The position numbers were made by a program, and so were the translations under genes. From positions 5,507 to 69,506 of the forward strand of contig CAMBKF010000005.1 of assembly GCA_945868085.1 (NCBI GenBank): DNA of 64,000 bases, read 5' to 3'. This DNA comes from an uncultured Oscillibacter sp. (lineage in GTDB: Bacteria; Bacillota; Clostridia; Oscillospirales; Oscillospiraceae). Under the pieces are notes generated by a model. The model was given only the letters and a program-made list of their open reading frames with translations. It did no database searches and was not told where the DNA came from. Below are positions 44,995 through 56,412 of this stretch, piece by piece. Numbering within the stretch: position 1 is the stretch's first letter; each line of letters begins with the position of its first letter.

Positions 44995-47900
44995 TTATGG
45001 CATCTTGGGTTCGTCTGTGGGGGCGGAGGGTTCCTGGGTTTTGGGGGCCAGGGCCTCCACGGCTTCCGCCGCCTCGGCATTGGCGCCCTCGCTATAGGTC
45101 AGGTCGCTCTCGGTGACCTTGCGCAGTTCCTTACGGCTAATGATGTCGTACATACAGGGTACCACCAGCAGGGTCATGAGGGTGGCATACACCAGGCCGC
45201 CGATGCACACCAGGGCCATGGGCTGCATCAGCGCCGTGCCCGCATCCCCGCCGAAGGCCATGACCAGCAGGCCCAAAATCGTCGTGATGGACGTCATGAG
45301 GATGGGCCGCAGGCGGGTGACGCCGGCCTCGATGATGGCCTCCCGCCGATTTCTGCCCTCCAGGCGCAGCTGGTTGATATAGTCCACCAGCACGATGCCG
45401 TTGTTGACGATGACGCCCACCAGCATCACAAAGCCGATGAGGGACACCACGCTCAGCTCCACCCCGCTCACCAGCAGAATGATAAAGCCGCCGGTGAAGG
45501 CCAGGGGGATGGTGAACATGACGATGAACGGCGACTTCAGGGACTGGAACTGGGCCACCATCACCAGGTACACCAGCAGGATGCCCAGGGCCAGCATCAG
45601 CAGCAGCTGCTGCATGGCGTCCATGATGGTCTCGTTTTCGCCGCTGAACTCCGTGGTCACTCCCGCGGGCAGGGTGAGCCCCTCCACCGCCCGGATGGCC
45701 TCGGCGGACACCTTGGTCACGTTATGATCCTCGTCCACCTGGGCCGTCACGTTGATGCAGCGGCGCTGCTCCTGGCGGTTGATGGTATTGAGGCTCACGG
45801 TGCGCTCCATGGTGGCCACCTCCCCCAGGCGGAAGCTCTCACCGGAGCTGCCGGAGGACGCGCTCCCCAGGGCGGACGCGGAGCCGGTCATGGAGCTGCC
45901 CATAGAGCTGCCTGCGGAGCCGGTCATGGAACTCATGGCGCTGCTCATGGAGGAATCGGGGGTGATCTCCAGCTCCAGCAGATGGTCTAGATCTACCGTC
46001 CGCTCCTCCGGCAGGGCGATGGTGACGCCCATATCCTGACCGTCCAGGGTCATATCCGAGCCGCTGGCGGAGGTGGACAGTGCCGAAGCCACCTGCATAT
46101 ACACCTGCGCCACGGTCATGCCGTGCTCCATGGCTTTGGCCCGGTCCACCGTCAGGTGGACGGCGGGCGCTGCGTCGTTCAGGCCGTCGGACACGGTCTG
46201 CACGCCCTCCACAGCGCCGATGGCCTCCCCCACGGTTTTGGCCGCCGCCTGCAGGTCCTCCATATTCTCGCCATAGACCCGCAGGGAAATGCCGCTGCCG
46301 GTCATCATCTGGGTCATATTGTCCGCCGCGCCGGCGTAGGACACCGTACACTCCATATCCTGGCACAGCTCCACGATCTTCTTGCCGGCGGCGTCGCCGC
46401 TCTCCCCCTCGGGGACGATGACATAGGCGGTGACATCATAGGCGCCGGTGCTGCCGTCCATGCCCGACATGGACATGCCCATGCCGGAGGACATGGCCGC
46501 GCCCACGGTCTGCACGTTTTCAACGGTCATGGCCCGGCGGGTCACCTCGTCCGCCAGCTCCGCCGCCTTTTCATAGCTGCAGCCCTCAGGCATGGTGACG
46601 GTGACGCTGACGGTGTTCAGGTCGATCTTCGGCATGAACACGAAGCCCCGCTGCAGCGTCAGCAGCGCAGAGCCCACCAGCAGCACCACCGCCGCCCCCA
46701 GCACCACGGCCTTGTGCCCCAGGGACCAGGACACGGCCTTGCGGTAGCCGGGATAGACCTTATCCAGCAGGCCGGGCTTGATGGGTTTCTCCTTTTTCAG
46801 CATCCCCGCCGCCATGGCCGGCACCAGGGTCAGGGCGATGATCAGGCTGGCCAGAAGCGAGAAGGTCATGGTCAGGGCCAGGTCCGTGAACAGCTGCTTG
46901 GTGATGCCCTCCACAAACACGATGGGCAGGAACACGCACACGGTGGTCAAGGTAGAGGAAGTGATGGCCCCCAGCACCAGGCCCGCACCGGCCACCGCCG
47001 CCTGGCGGACATTGGCGCCCTTGGAGCGAAGCCGGTAAATATTCTCAATGACCACCACGGAGTTATCCACCAGCATGCCCACCGCCACGGCCAGGCCCGA
47101 CAGGGAGATCATATTGATGGTCACACCACAGAAGTACATGAGCACCACCGCGAAAATAACGCTGATGGGGATGGACACCAGGGTGATGACCGTGGGGCGC
47201 AGGTCCTTTAAAAACAGGTACAGGATCAGTATGGCGAACAGGGCGCCCCAGGCCAGGCTGGAAAAGATGGAATTGATGATGATGCGGATATAGTCCCCCT
47301 GGTCCATGAGGGGGGTGAACTCCAGGCCGTCATACTCCTGCTTCAGCTCCTGGAACCGGGTGGAAATATTCTCCGACACCTCCGCCGTAGCGTAGGTGGA
47401 CTGCTTATTGAACATGACGATGACGCCGTTTTCCCCGTTGAGCTTGGCGTAGATCTCCCCGGAGTTATCCGTGACGAACACCTCCGCCACGTCCTCCAGC
47501 CGGATGGGCTCCACGCCCTCCATGCCCAGGTCGAACAGCACCAGCTGCTGCAGCTCCTCCCGGGTGGAGATATTGTCGCCCACGGAGACCATGTACTGCA
47601 CGCCGTCCTGCTCCACATAGCCCGCCGGCATGGAGAAATTCTGTGCCGTCAGCAGCGCGCTGATGGTGCTCAGCTGCAGGACACTGTCCAAATTCGTCTG
47701 CTCCAGGGCGGAGGAGCGGCTCTGCTCCAGGGTCGCAAGGCCCGACTCCACCTGGGTCAGGGCGCTGTCGATCTGCACGCTGCCGGAGACGATCTGCTGG
47801 GCGCCGTCGGCCACGGTCATGGCGCCGGAGGTGATCTTCTCCACCAGCTCTGCCAGGGCGCCGTTATCCTCTTTAAACCGCCGGATCTCCTCCTGCAGGT

Positions 47901-48954
47901 CCTGCAGCTGCCGGGCGGTCTTATCGATCTCCTCCTGCAGCCGGTCCCAATCGGCGCCCAGGGCGGCCAGGCGCAGATCCAGCTCCGCCAGCTCCGACTC
48001 CAGGCGGATATAGCCGCTCTCAGCCTTGATGGCGGCGATCTGCTCCTCCTTCTGCTCCGTGGTCAGACCGGGGTCATTTTTAACGGCGGCAATGCGGATG
48101 TCATAGACCGCCTTTTCCGCATCCAGCTCCGCCTTGCGCTGCAGGATGGTCTGCAGCTCGTTCAGCTTCTCCTGCAGTTGATTCTTCCGGGCGTCCATCT
48201 GGCGCAGGCTGTCCCGCACAGACTCCAGGGCCTGGGTGGCCGCCTGGGTCACGGCCCCCGCCTCCGCCGTACGGATGGCGGCCTTGGCGTCCAGCAGCTG
48301 GCTGCGGGTCTGCTCCAGCTGGGCCTGGGCGGCATCCAGCTGTCCGTTTACCGCGGCGGCCAGCTTTTCGGACAGGGCGTTCAGCTTCTCCTGGCTGAGG
48401 ATCACGTTCATCTGCCGCTGCAAAATGCCGCTGACGGACACGCTGGCCACGCCCGTGATGCCCTCCATCTTACTCGTCAGGGTCTTTTCCACGAACTCCG
48501 ACAGTTCCGCCACGTCCATGCCCTCCCGGGACACGGCGGCGACCTCCACCGGCAGCATGGAGGGGTTGATCTTCAGCACATAGGGCGTGCCCACGGAATC
48601 ATCCCAGCTACCCTGGAGGGCAGCGATCTTCTGCTGGATGTCCACGCCTGTGGAATCCATATTCACCCCCTGCTCAAACTCCAGCACCACCATGGACATG
48701 CTGTTCTGGCTGGAGGAGGTGATGTGCTTGATCTCGTTCAGCGTGGCCATGGACTGCTCCAAGGGCTTGGTGACGTCCGCCTCCACCGTTTCCGGGCTGG
48801 CGCCCATATCGGTGGTCACGATGACCACATAGGGGAAATCCATGTTGGGCAGCAGGTCCGGCGTCATCTTGAGGTAGGCTACTACGCCCAGCACCAAGAT
48901 GGCCAGCACCGCCACAAACACGGTGAGAGGCTTTTTTACGCTGAATTTCGGCAT
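44995..48954 (-). CDS. RND (AcrB/SwrC-like) efflux permease with a large coiled-coil insert
   Basis: GMLVDNSVVVIENIYR, NNGIVLVD, RLRPILMT; 1319 aa. Confidence 0.92.
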   Translation of the reverse strand: MPKFSVKKPLTVFVAVLAILVLGVVAYLKMTPDLLPNMDFPYVVIVTTDMGASPETVEADVTKPLEQSMATLNEIKHITSSSQNSMSMVVLEFEQGVNMDSTGVDIQQKIAALQGSWDDSVGTPYVLKINPSMLPVEVAAVSREGMDVAELSEFVEKTLTSKMEGITGVASVSVSGILQRQMNVILSQEKLNALSEKLAAAVNGQLDAAQAQLEQTRSQLLDAKAAIRTAEAGAVTQAATQALESVRDSLRQMDARKNQLQEKLNELQTILQRKAELDAEKAVYDIRIAAVKNDPGLTTEQKEEQIAAIKAESGYIRLESELAELDLRLAALGADWDRLQEEIDKTARQLQDLQEEIRRFKEDNGALAELVEKITSGAMTVADGAQQIVSGSVQIDSALTQVESGLATLEQSRSSALEQTNLDSVLQLSTISALLTAQNFSMPAGYVEQDGVQYMVSVGDNISTREELQQLVLFDLGMEGVEPIRLEDVAEVFVTDNSGEIYAKLNGENGVIVMFNKQSTYATAEVSENISTRFQELKQEYDGLEFTPLMDQGDYIRIIINSIFSSLAWGALFAILILYLFLKDLRPTVITLVSIPISVIFAVVLMYFCGVTINMISLSGLAVAVGMLVDNSVVVIENIYRLRSKGANVRQAAVAGAGLVLGAITSSTLTTVCVFLPIVFVEGITKQLFTDLALTMTFSLLASLIIALTLVPAMAAGMLKKEKPIKPGLLDKVYPGYRKAVSWSLGHKAVVLGAAVVLLVGSALLTLQRGFVFMPKIDLNTVSVTVTMPEGCSYEKAAELADEVTRRAMTVENVQTVGAAMSSGMGMSMSGMDGSTGAYDVTAYVIVPEGESGDAAGKKIVELCQDMECTVSYAGAADNMTQMMTGSGISLRVYGENMEDLQAAAKTVGEAIGAVEGVQTVSDGLNDAAPAVHLTVDRAKAMEHGMTVAQVYMQVASALSTSASGSDMTLDGQDMGVTIALPEERTVDLDHLLELEITPDSSMSSAMSSMTGSAGSSMGSSMTGSASALGSASSGSSGESFRLGEVATMERTVSLNTINRQEQRRCINVTAQVDEDHNVTKVSAEAIRAVEGLTLPAGVTTEFSGENETIMDAMQQLLLMLALGILLVYLVMVAQFQSLKSPFIVMFTIPLAFTGGFIILLVSGVELSVVSLIGFVMLVGVIVNNGIVLVDYINQLRLEGRNRREAIIEAGVTRLRPILMTSITTILGLLVMAFGGDAGTALMQPMALVCIGGLVYATLMTLLVVPCMYDIISRKELRKVTESDLTYSEGANAEAAEAVEALAPKTQEPSAPTDEPKMP

Positions 48955-49198
48955 CCGGTCTACTCCTTTTTGAGAAACAATGACCCATATTACATCATTA
49001 CAAGCAGTTTAGCATGGCGCAAAATTTTTTTCAAGCGGCGGGGCGTACTGTTTACGAAACCGTTACAAAAACTAAACAGGCAGCAAAGTTTTTAAGCGGT
49101 TTTTGCGGACATTGAGAATCCAAAGAAACAGAGACGGGCCGCCTGCATAAGCAAACGGCCCGTCTCTTGAAGGGGGGGTATGAAAAAATTTGTAAAAC

Positions 49199-50251
49199 TT
49201 ATTTTTTGGCGGCGTCGGCGGCCCGGGCCTCCTCCTCCGCGTCGATGGTGGCCATATGGTCCAGCATCCGCACCACCTGGCAGCTGTAGCCCCACTCGTT
49301 GTCGTACCAGGCAATGAGCTTGACAAAATCGTGGTCCAGCATCAGGCCCGCGGTCTCGTCAAAAATGCTGGGGCAGGGATTACCGATGAGGTCTGTAGAC
49401 ACCAGCTGATCCTTGGTATAGCCGATGATGCCCTTCATATTGGTCTCGCTGGCGTGGCGGATCTCGTAGCAGATCTCGGCATAGGTGGTGGGGCGGGCGA
49501 GCTTGGCGGTCAGGTCCACCACGGACACGTCGGCGGTGGGTACCCGGAAGGACATGCCCGTCATCTTGCCCTTCAGAGAGGGGATGACCCGGCCCACGGC
49601 CTTGGCGGCGCCGGTGGTGGAGGGAATGATATTATTGAGGATGGAGCGGCCGGTGCGCCAGTCACTGCCGCCCCGGGAGTCCACGGCCTTCTGCTTGGCG
49701 GTGGAGGCGTGGATGGTGGACATGAGGCTCTGCTCAATGCCGAACACCTCGTGGATCACATAGGCCAGAGGCGCCAGGCAGTTGGTGGTGCAGCTGGCGG
49801 CGGACACCACCTTCATATCCGGCCGGTAGAGCTTGCTGTTGATGCCATAGACAAAGGTAGGCGTGGCCTCGTCCTTGGCCGGAGCGGTGAGCAGCACACG
49901 CTTGGCGCCGCCCTTGAAGTGGCGGGAGGCCTTCTCGGTGGTATTATTGGCGCCGGTACATTCCAAAATATACTCCGCGCCGCACTGGCTCCAGGGGATC
50001 ATGGCGGCGTCATTCTCGCTGAACACGCGGATCTTGTGGCCGTTGACCACCAGGTTGCCGTCCAGATTCTCCACGGTGCCCTCAAAGTTGCGGAACACGG
50101 AGTCATACTTCAGCAGGTACACCATGTAGTCGATGTCCGCCTTGCGCAGGTTGATGCCGCACACGTCGAACTTCTCCGGACTCTTCATCAGGATCCGCAG
50201 AAGCACGCGGCCGATACGGCCAAAACCATTGATGCCGATCTTAATTGCCAT
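49199..50251 (-). CDS. gap: Glyceraldehyde-3-phosphate dehydrogenase paralogue (divergent)
   Basis: [38 protein letters not shown]. Confidence 0.9.
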   Translation of the reverse strand: MAIKIGINGFGRIGRVLLRILMKSPEKFDVCGINLRKADIDYMVYLLKYDSVFRNFEGTVENLDGNLVVNGHKIRVFSENDAAMIPWSQCGAEYILECTGANNTTEKASRHFKGGAKRVLLTAPAKDEATPTFVYGINSKLYRPDMKVVSAASCTTNCLAPLAYVIHEVFGIEQSLMSTIHASTAKQKAVDSRGGSDWRTGRSILNNIIPSTTGAAKAVGRVIPSLKGKMTGMSFRVPTADVSVVDLTAKLARPTTYAEICYEIRHASETNMKGIIGYTKDQLVSTDLIGNPCPSIFDETAGLMLDHDFVKLIAWYDNEWGYSCQVVRMLDHMATIDAEEEARAADAAKK

Positions 50252-50577
50252 AGTCCAAAAACCTCTCTTTATCCTCAGTCTTCAGCCCCGGAAGCGGGCC
50301 GATCTTTTCTAAATCCATTATATCATGGCAACGGCGTTTGTCTTGTGCAATTTCCAAAAATCATTGACGAAAATAATCTGTTATCCCCTCCTCTTTTATT
50401 TGAACTGCACAAAAAAATCCAAAATCATACCCTAACATTCCATACATTTCAAATGAGCAAATCCAATTTTCAGCCCCGAAAAAAGGATGCCCGGTCTTGC
50501 GCATACAGACAGGAAAAACGGCACCCGGGCGGGGCAAAAATGTCCCCGCTTGGGGCGAGGCGAAGCGGCGGAGGGGT

Positions 50578-50711
50578 GCGGATCGCCGCACCAGTGACAT
50601 CGGCCACTGGTTCGCAATGACAGGTTTGCATGGAGTGCGACGGACGGCGGGACACATGGGTCCCGCCCTACAGCTGTTATTTTTGTAGGGCAGGGCCCGT
50701 GTGCCCTGCCG
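50578..50711. repeat. REP-like palindrome cluster
   Basis: GGATCGCC..TTCGCAATGACA, then CCCTAC and GTAGGG units in opposite orientation. Confidence 0.8.
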
Positions 50712-50793
50712 CCGGGGGCCGATCCTCCCAAAAGCCGATCCTCACAAAACGAAAAAAACCGCCCCGCACGGCGTGCGGAGCGGCTGAAATTTT

Positions 50794-51570
50794 TTACCGG
50801 ACGGTCCGGTTGAAGCTCATGCTGTTTTTCTGCATATGTACGTCCAGGGTCACCCGGTCGGCCCGGATATAGCTGCAGGTATACTCATAGATGCGGCCGT
50901 CCTCGGTCTTGGTGCGGCGTTGGTGATAAAACGCGCAGCTGCCCTGGGGCACATGGAGCAGGTTGGCCCGTACCTCGTCCAGCACCACCGCCTCGTAGGT
51001 ATCCTCCGCCGCGGCGGGGGTGATGCCCACATGGTACAGGAGGCTGTATATGCTATGGGTCTGCACCAGTTCCCGGGTAAGATTGGGGTAGAGGAACTGG
51101 GGATAGTAGCTGGTCTCCAGGATCAGCGGCTCTCCGTCCACATTACGCACACGGGTGAAGCAGTACACCGTGGTCCCCTCCTGGAGCTGCATTTTGCGGC
51201 TGATCTCCGGGGGCGGCACAATGATACCGAAATCCACCATGGTGGACGAGGGGACCTTGCCCATGGAGGAGATCTCCGTAGTGAAGGAGTAGCGCACGCA
51301 CTTGCCCCGGGCATTGGGGTCGGCCACGAAGGTGCCCTTGCCCCGCTTGCGGACCACCAGCCCCTCCTCCTCCAGCTCGCCGATGGCCTGGCGCACCGTA
51401 TTGCGGCTGATGCCCATGGTCCGGCACAGCTCAGCTTCCGACGGCAGCAGGTCGCCCACGCCCAGTTCGCCGGAGGAAATATTCTGCTTGATAATGCCTA
51501 CCAGCTGCGTATACAGCGGAATATCGCTGTCCATGCTCAGGCGGCTGGCAAGAATGGTATGGTTCTGCAT
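50794..51570 (-). CDS. GntR-family regulator (HutC/UTRA)
   Basis: PLYTQL, LPSEAEL, SRNTVRQAI..L..EGL..RGKGTFV, C-terminal UTRA-like domain. Confidence 0.92.
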   Translation of the reverse strand: MQNHTILASRLSMDSDIPLYTQLVGIIKQNISSGELGVGDLLPSEAELCRTMGISRNTVRQAIGELEEEGLVVRKRGKGTFVADPNARGKCVRYSFTTEISSMGKVPSSTMVDFGIIVPPPEISRKMQLQEGTTVYCFTRVRNVDGEPLILETSYYPQFLYPNLTRELVQTHSIYSLLYHVGITPAAAEDTYEAVVLDEVRANLLHVPQGSCAFYHQRRTKTEDGRIYEYTCSYIRADRVTLDVHMQKNSMSFNRTVR

Positions 51571-51627
51571 AGGGATGTCCTTTCCCGCGCTCACGGCTTT
51601 TGGTTAAACGTCATTCTATCATAGAAA

Positions 51628-51873
51628 AGGAGGGCGGTCAAGCCGCCCTCCGCAGACTGCTGATAAAGTGTGAAGACTACGACAACGGTAAGGAAGGGTG
51701 TGTGCGGGAAACCCAAGAAGGGTGTCCTGCGCCATTCAAATCCATGTTTTTTGAAGCTTATTTATGCTTCAAAAAAACGGACAGCGTATCGAAAAAAAAA
51801 TCGATACGCTGAGGAGGGCGGTCAAGCCGCCCTCCTCAGGCTGCCGGTAAGGTGTGAAAACTACGACAACGGT
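51628..51873. repeat. Two copies of a 62-bp hairpin-containing unit (51628-51689, 51812-51873)
   Basis: AGGAGGGCGGTCAAGCCGCCCTCC..GTGTGAA.ACTACGACAACGGT. Confidence 0.85.
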
Positions 51874-51886
51874 TCAGCCAGAAATT

Positions 51887-52927
<1,041 letters not shown>

Positions 52928-53173
52928 TCAAACATATGGTACATTCTGTATTATACCCCTCTCTCTTGAAAAATGCAATATCATTTTTCATAGTTTTCCC
53001 CTTTTTATGACATTTATTTTTTTCACCTATTAACCAGTATTTTTCAGCGCTCTTCTTGTCTTTTCGATTTTATTCTGATATAATCATGAACTGATCTTTT
53101 TATTTTTGCTAATGTCAACAGTGGGGATAAATTCCCGCCCGCGGCAAATTCTATCGGTGAAAGGAGATTCCGC

Positions 53174-53962
53174 ATGGAACATTCACCTCAAGAGGCGCAG
53201 CTCCTGACCCAGGTGCTGCCCAATATCGCCGCTCAATTCCGCACCACTTTAGGCAATATGCACGCCGCCCTGGCCCGGGGAGACGACCCGGACGCCTGCA
53301 TCCTGCGCCAGAGCTACTACCGCCTGCTGCGCACCGTTACCAACCTTACCGACGCCGTTATGCTGGCGGAGGATACCCCTCTGCCCCGACAGGACACGGA
53401 CCTGACGGCGTTTTTTGATGAGCTGTGCCGCCAGGCCCAGGAGCCCCTGTCTGTCTGCGGCCTGACCCTGGAGACCGATCTGCGCCCCCGGCAGCTGATG
53501 ACGGGCATCAACCGGGAATACACCGCCCGGATCTTCTGGAACCTGCTGTCCAACGCCGCCAAATTCACCCCCGCCGGCGGCCGCGTCCGCGTGACGCTCA
53601 TGCAGCAGGGAAACCGGGCGCTGCTGCAGGTGGCAGACACCGGCCGGGGCATCCATCCGGACCTGCAGGACACGGTGTATGACCGCATCCTGCATACGGA
53701 GCGTATGGACCCCCTGCCCCACGGACTGGGTCTGGGGCTGAGCCTGTGCCGCTGCTTTGCCGCGCGCCAGGGGGGCAATCTGCTGCTGCAATCCGAGGCG
53801 GATAAGGGTACCACCGTCACCGTCTCTCTGCCTGTGGAGCGCTGCGGCGCACACCGGGTGCAGGATGTGCCCTTCCACTACGCCGGCGGATTCCAGCCGG
53901 TGATGATGGAACTTTCGGACGCGCTGCCCTATGAGGGCTACAAGGAGAAATATCTGGACTGA
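53174..53962 (+). CDS. HATPase_c protein, kinase-like, without sensor domain or recognisable H-box His
   Basis: NLLSNAAKFT, DTGRGI, GLGLGLS boxes; H-box position reads IAAQFRTTL. Confidence 0.8.
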   Translation: MEHSPQEAQLLTQVLPNIAAQFRTTLGNMHAALARGDDPDACILRQSYYRLLRTVTNLTDAVMLAEDTPLPRQDTDLTAFFDELCRQAQEPLSVCGLTLETDLRPRQLMTGINREYTARIFWNLLSNAAKFTPAGGRVRVTLMQQGNRALLQVADTGRGIHPDLQDTVYDRILHTERMDPLPHGLGLGLSLCRCFAARQGGNLLLQSEADKGTTVTVSLPVERCGAHRVQDVPFHYAGGFQPVMMELSDALPYEGYKEKYLD

Positions 53963-53967
53963 TACGC

Positions 53968-55032
53968 ATGATGAACAGAAAGAAAGTTTTAGTGGCCATG
54001 TCCGGCGGGGTAGACAGCTCCGCCGCCGCTCTGCTGCTGCGCCGACAGGGCTACAGCTGCGACGGCGCCATGCTGCGCCTGTATAACGGCGAGGTGGAGG
54101 GCACCTGCTGCTCCGCCGACGATGCCGCCGACGCCCGGAGCGTGGCCTACGGCCTGGGCATGAAGTTCTACGTTTTCAACGAAACGGAGCGGTTTGCCCG
54201 AGATGTGATGGATCACTTCGTGGCTGAATACTGCGCCGGCCGCACCCCCAACCCCTGCATCGACTGCAACCGCTGCCTGAAATTCGGCGCGCTGCTGGAG
54301 CGGGCGCTGCTGCTGGGATATGACTACCTGGCCACCGGGCACTACGCCCGGGTGAAGCTTGACGAAGCCTCCGGCAAATACCGCCTTCTCCGGGGCCGGG
54401 ACCGGAGCAAGGATCAGAGCTACGTTCTCTACCAGGTGGGCCAGCACCAGCTGGCCCACCTGCTGCTGCCCGTGGGCGAATATGACAAGCCCTCCATCCG
54501 CCGGAGCGCCCGTCAGGCGGGCCTCATCAACGCCGACAAGTCCGACAGTCAGGACATCTGCTTTGTGCCGGATGGAGATTACACGCGGTTTTTGCAGGAG
54601 TACGGCGGCGTAAAGATGATCCCCGGTGATTTTGTGGACCGAGCGGGTCATGTGCTGGGCCGGCACAAGGGGCTGCCCTGCTACACCACCGGCCAGCGCA
54701 AGGGCCTGGGCGTTTCTGCCGGAAAGCACGTTTATGTCCTGCGGAAAAATGCCCAGGACAACACCATTCTTCTGGGAGACAACGAGGAGTTGTTCACCTC
54801 CGTCCTTACGGCGGACCGGGTAAACTGGATCAGCGGCGAAACGCCCGCCTCTCCCCTCCGCGTCACCGCCAAAACCCGCTATAGTCAGACGGAGGCGGCA
54901 GCCACTGTGCATCCCCTGCCGGATGGGCGCATCCGGGTAGAGTTTGATGTGCCCCAGCGGGCCATCACCGCCGGGCAGGCCGTGGTGCTCTACGATGGGG
55001 AGCAGGTTTTAGGCGGCGGCACTATTGACTAA
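53968..55032 (+). CDS. mnmA: tRNA 2-thiouridylase
   Basis: AMSGGVDSS, TPNPC..CN, ATGHYA, KDQSY, DSQDICF, GQR.GLG. Confidence 0.97.
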   Translation: MMNRKKVLVAMSGGVDSSAAALLLRRQGYSCDGAMLRLYNGEVEGTCCSADDAADARSVAYGLGMKFYVFNETERFARDVMDHFVAEYCAGRTPNPCIDCNRCLKFGALLERALLLGYDYLATGHYARVKLDEASGKYRLLRGRDRSKDQSYVLYQVGQHQLAHLLLPVGEYDKPSIRRSARQAGLINADKSDSQDICFVPDGDYTRFLQEYGGVKMIPGDFVDRAGHVLGRHKGLPCYTTGQRKGLGVSAGKHVYVLRKNAQDNTILLGDNEELFTSVLTADRVNWISGETPASPLRVTAKTRYSQTEAAATVHPLPDGRIRVEFDVPQRAITAGQAVVLYDGEQVLGGGTID

Positions 55033-55087
55033 TAAATTGTATCATCGATTGACAAAGGCAGACCGGCCCGGGCCGGTCTGCCTTATC

Positions 55088-55159
55088 CTATCGTTCACTC
55101 TCCCGCCACTCGTCCACATAGATCATGTCATCCACATCCCGCTGTTCTTTTTCCTCCAC
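55088..55159 (-). CDS. Candidate 23-aa acidic microprotein
   Basis: RBS GGAGG, GTG start, MEEKEQRDVDDMIYVDEWRESER, CATAGAAT box upstream, hairpin 55055-55084 downstream. Confidence 0.5.
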   Translation of the reverse strand: MEEKEQRDVDDMIYVDEWRESER

Positions 55160-55341
55160 GGTATATCCCCCCTCCGATTATATACCTGTTATTCTATGTG
55201 CCGGACCACAGAAAAATTCCTTGCGGCCCCATTTTTTTCATGGTAAGATACAATCACGGCTCTATCGGGTGAAAAAAGTCGAAGCGGCATGTCCGCTGCT
55301 GCCATCCGACAATAAATACCCCACGGAAAGGTTGTGCCCAT

Positions 55342-56271
55342 ATGTCTCCCTCCCGCAAGCATACCGTAGCTGTGATCACCGCCTGCGTCGCCTTTGTGAT
55401 CTTCGGTTTCAGCTTTATGTTCTCCAGCATTGCCCTGTCCATCGCGCCCACCACGGTGCTGCTGTGCTTTCGATTCACGGCGGCGGTGCTCACCCTGTCC
55501 TTGATAGTGGCGGCCAACGCTCTGGTGGGCCGCATCCGGGGCAAGGCGTGGTTTTCCTTTTCTCTCCGCGGCAAGCCCCTGGGCGGTGTGCTGCTGCTGG
55601 GCCTGGTGCAGCCGGTTTTATACCTGGTGTTTGAAAACAGCAGCATCCGCTATACCTCCTCCGCCGTCACAGGCACGGTGCTGGCAGTGGTGCCGGTAAT
55701 CTGCATTTTGGCAGATGTATTCATCAGCCACGAATCCGTCACCAAGCTGCAGATCCTGTGCGCTGTGGCCTGCGTGGGCGGCGTGGCCCTGGTGGAGACC
55801 GGCGGCGAAACCCGCATCAGCCTGCTGGGCTTTGTGTGCCTGCTGATGACCTTGGTATGCGATGTGGGATACTATGTGCTCAGCCGCCGGGCCTCCCGGC
55901 AGTTCAGCCCCCTGGAGGTCACCTTTGTCATGTTCCTCATGGGCATGGTAGTCTTTGTCCCGGCGGCACTGATCCAGGGGCACGGGCAGATGGCAGAGCT
56001 ATTCCTTCCGGCTATACAGTCAGCTCCCTTCTGGGGCAGTGTGTTTTTCTTGGGTGCAGTGTCCTCCGTGGGCGCCTACGGCCTGCTGAACTTCGCCAAC
56101 GCCACCCTCACCAATTCCGAGGCGTCCCTCATCGGGAACGTAGGCACGGTGGTATCGGTGCTGGCGGGGGTGCTGCTGCTGAAGGATCCCTTCACGCCCC
56201 TGCAGGCAGCGGGCGTTATGATCATCCTGGTCTTCGTGACCCTGGCCAACCTGCCCAAAAAGCAAAAATAA
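55342..56271 (+). CDS. DMT/EamA-family transporter
   Basis: About 10 TM in two repeats; IFGFSF, RF, GLVQPVLY..FE. Confidence 0.88.
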   Translation: MSPSRKHTVAVITACVAFVIFGFSFMFSSIALSIAPTTVLLCFRFTAAVLTLSLIVAANALVGRIRGKAWFSFSLRGKPLGGVLLLGLVQPVLYLVFENSSIRYTSSAVTGTVLAVVPVICILADVFISHESVTKLQILCAVACVGGVALVETGGETRISLLGFVCLLMTLVCDVGYYVLSRRASRQFSPLEVTFVMFLMGMVVFVPAALIQGHGQMAELFLPAIQSAPFWGSVFFLGAVSSVGAYGLLNFANATLTNSEASLIGNVGTVVSVLAGVLLLKDPFTPLQAAGVMIILVFVTLANLPKKQK

Positions 56272-56412
56272 CTTTTTTAAAAAGGAGAAGCCCCAGCGGT
56301 TTCTCTTTTTTTATAGTCGGTCCTTATAAATAATAAGGAACCACGGCCCCCTGGGCCGTATAATAAGTGAAAGGCTCCCGGGCGGGCCTTTCCACCAAAG
56401 GAGGAAAGTAAC

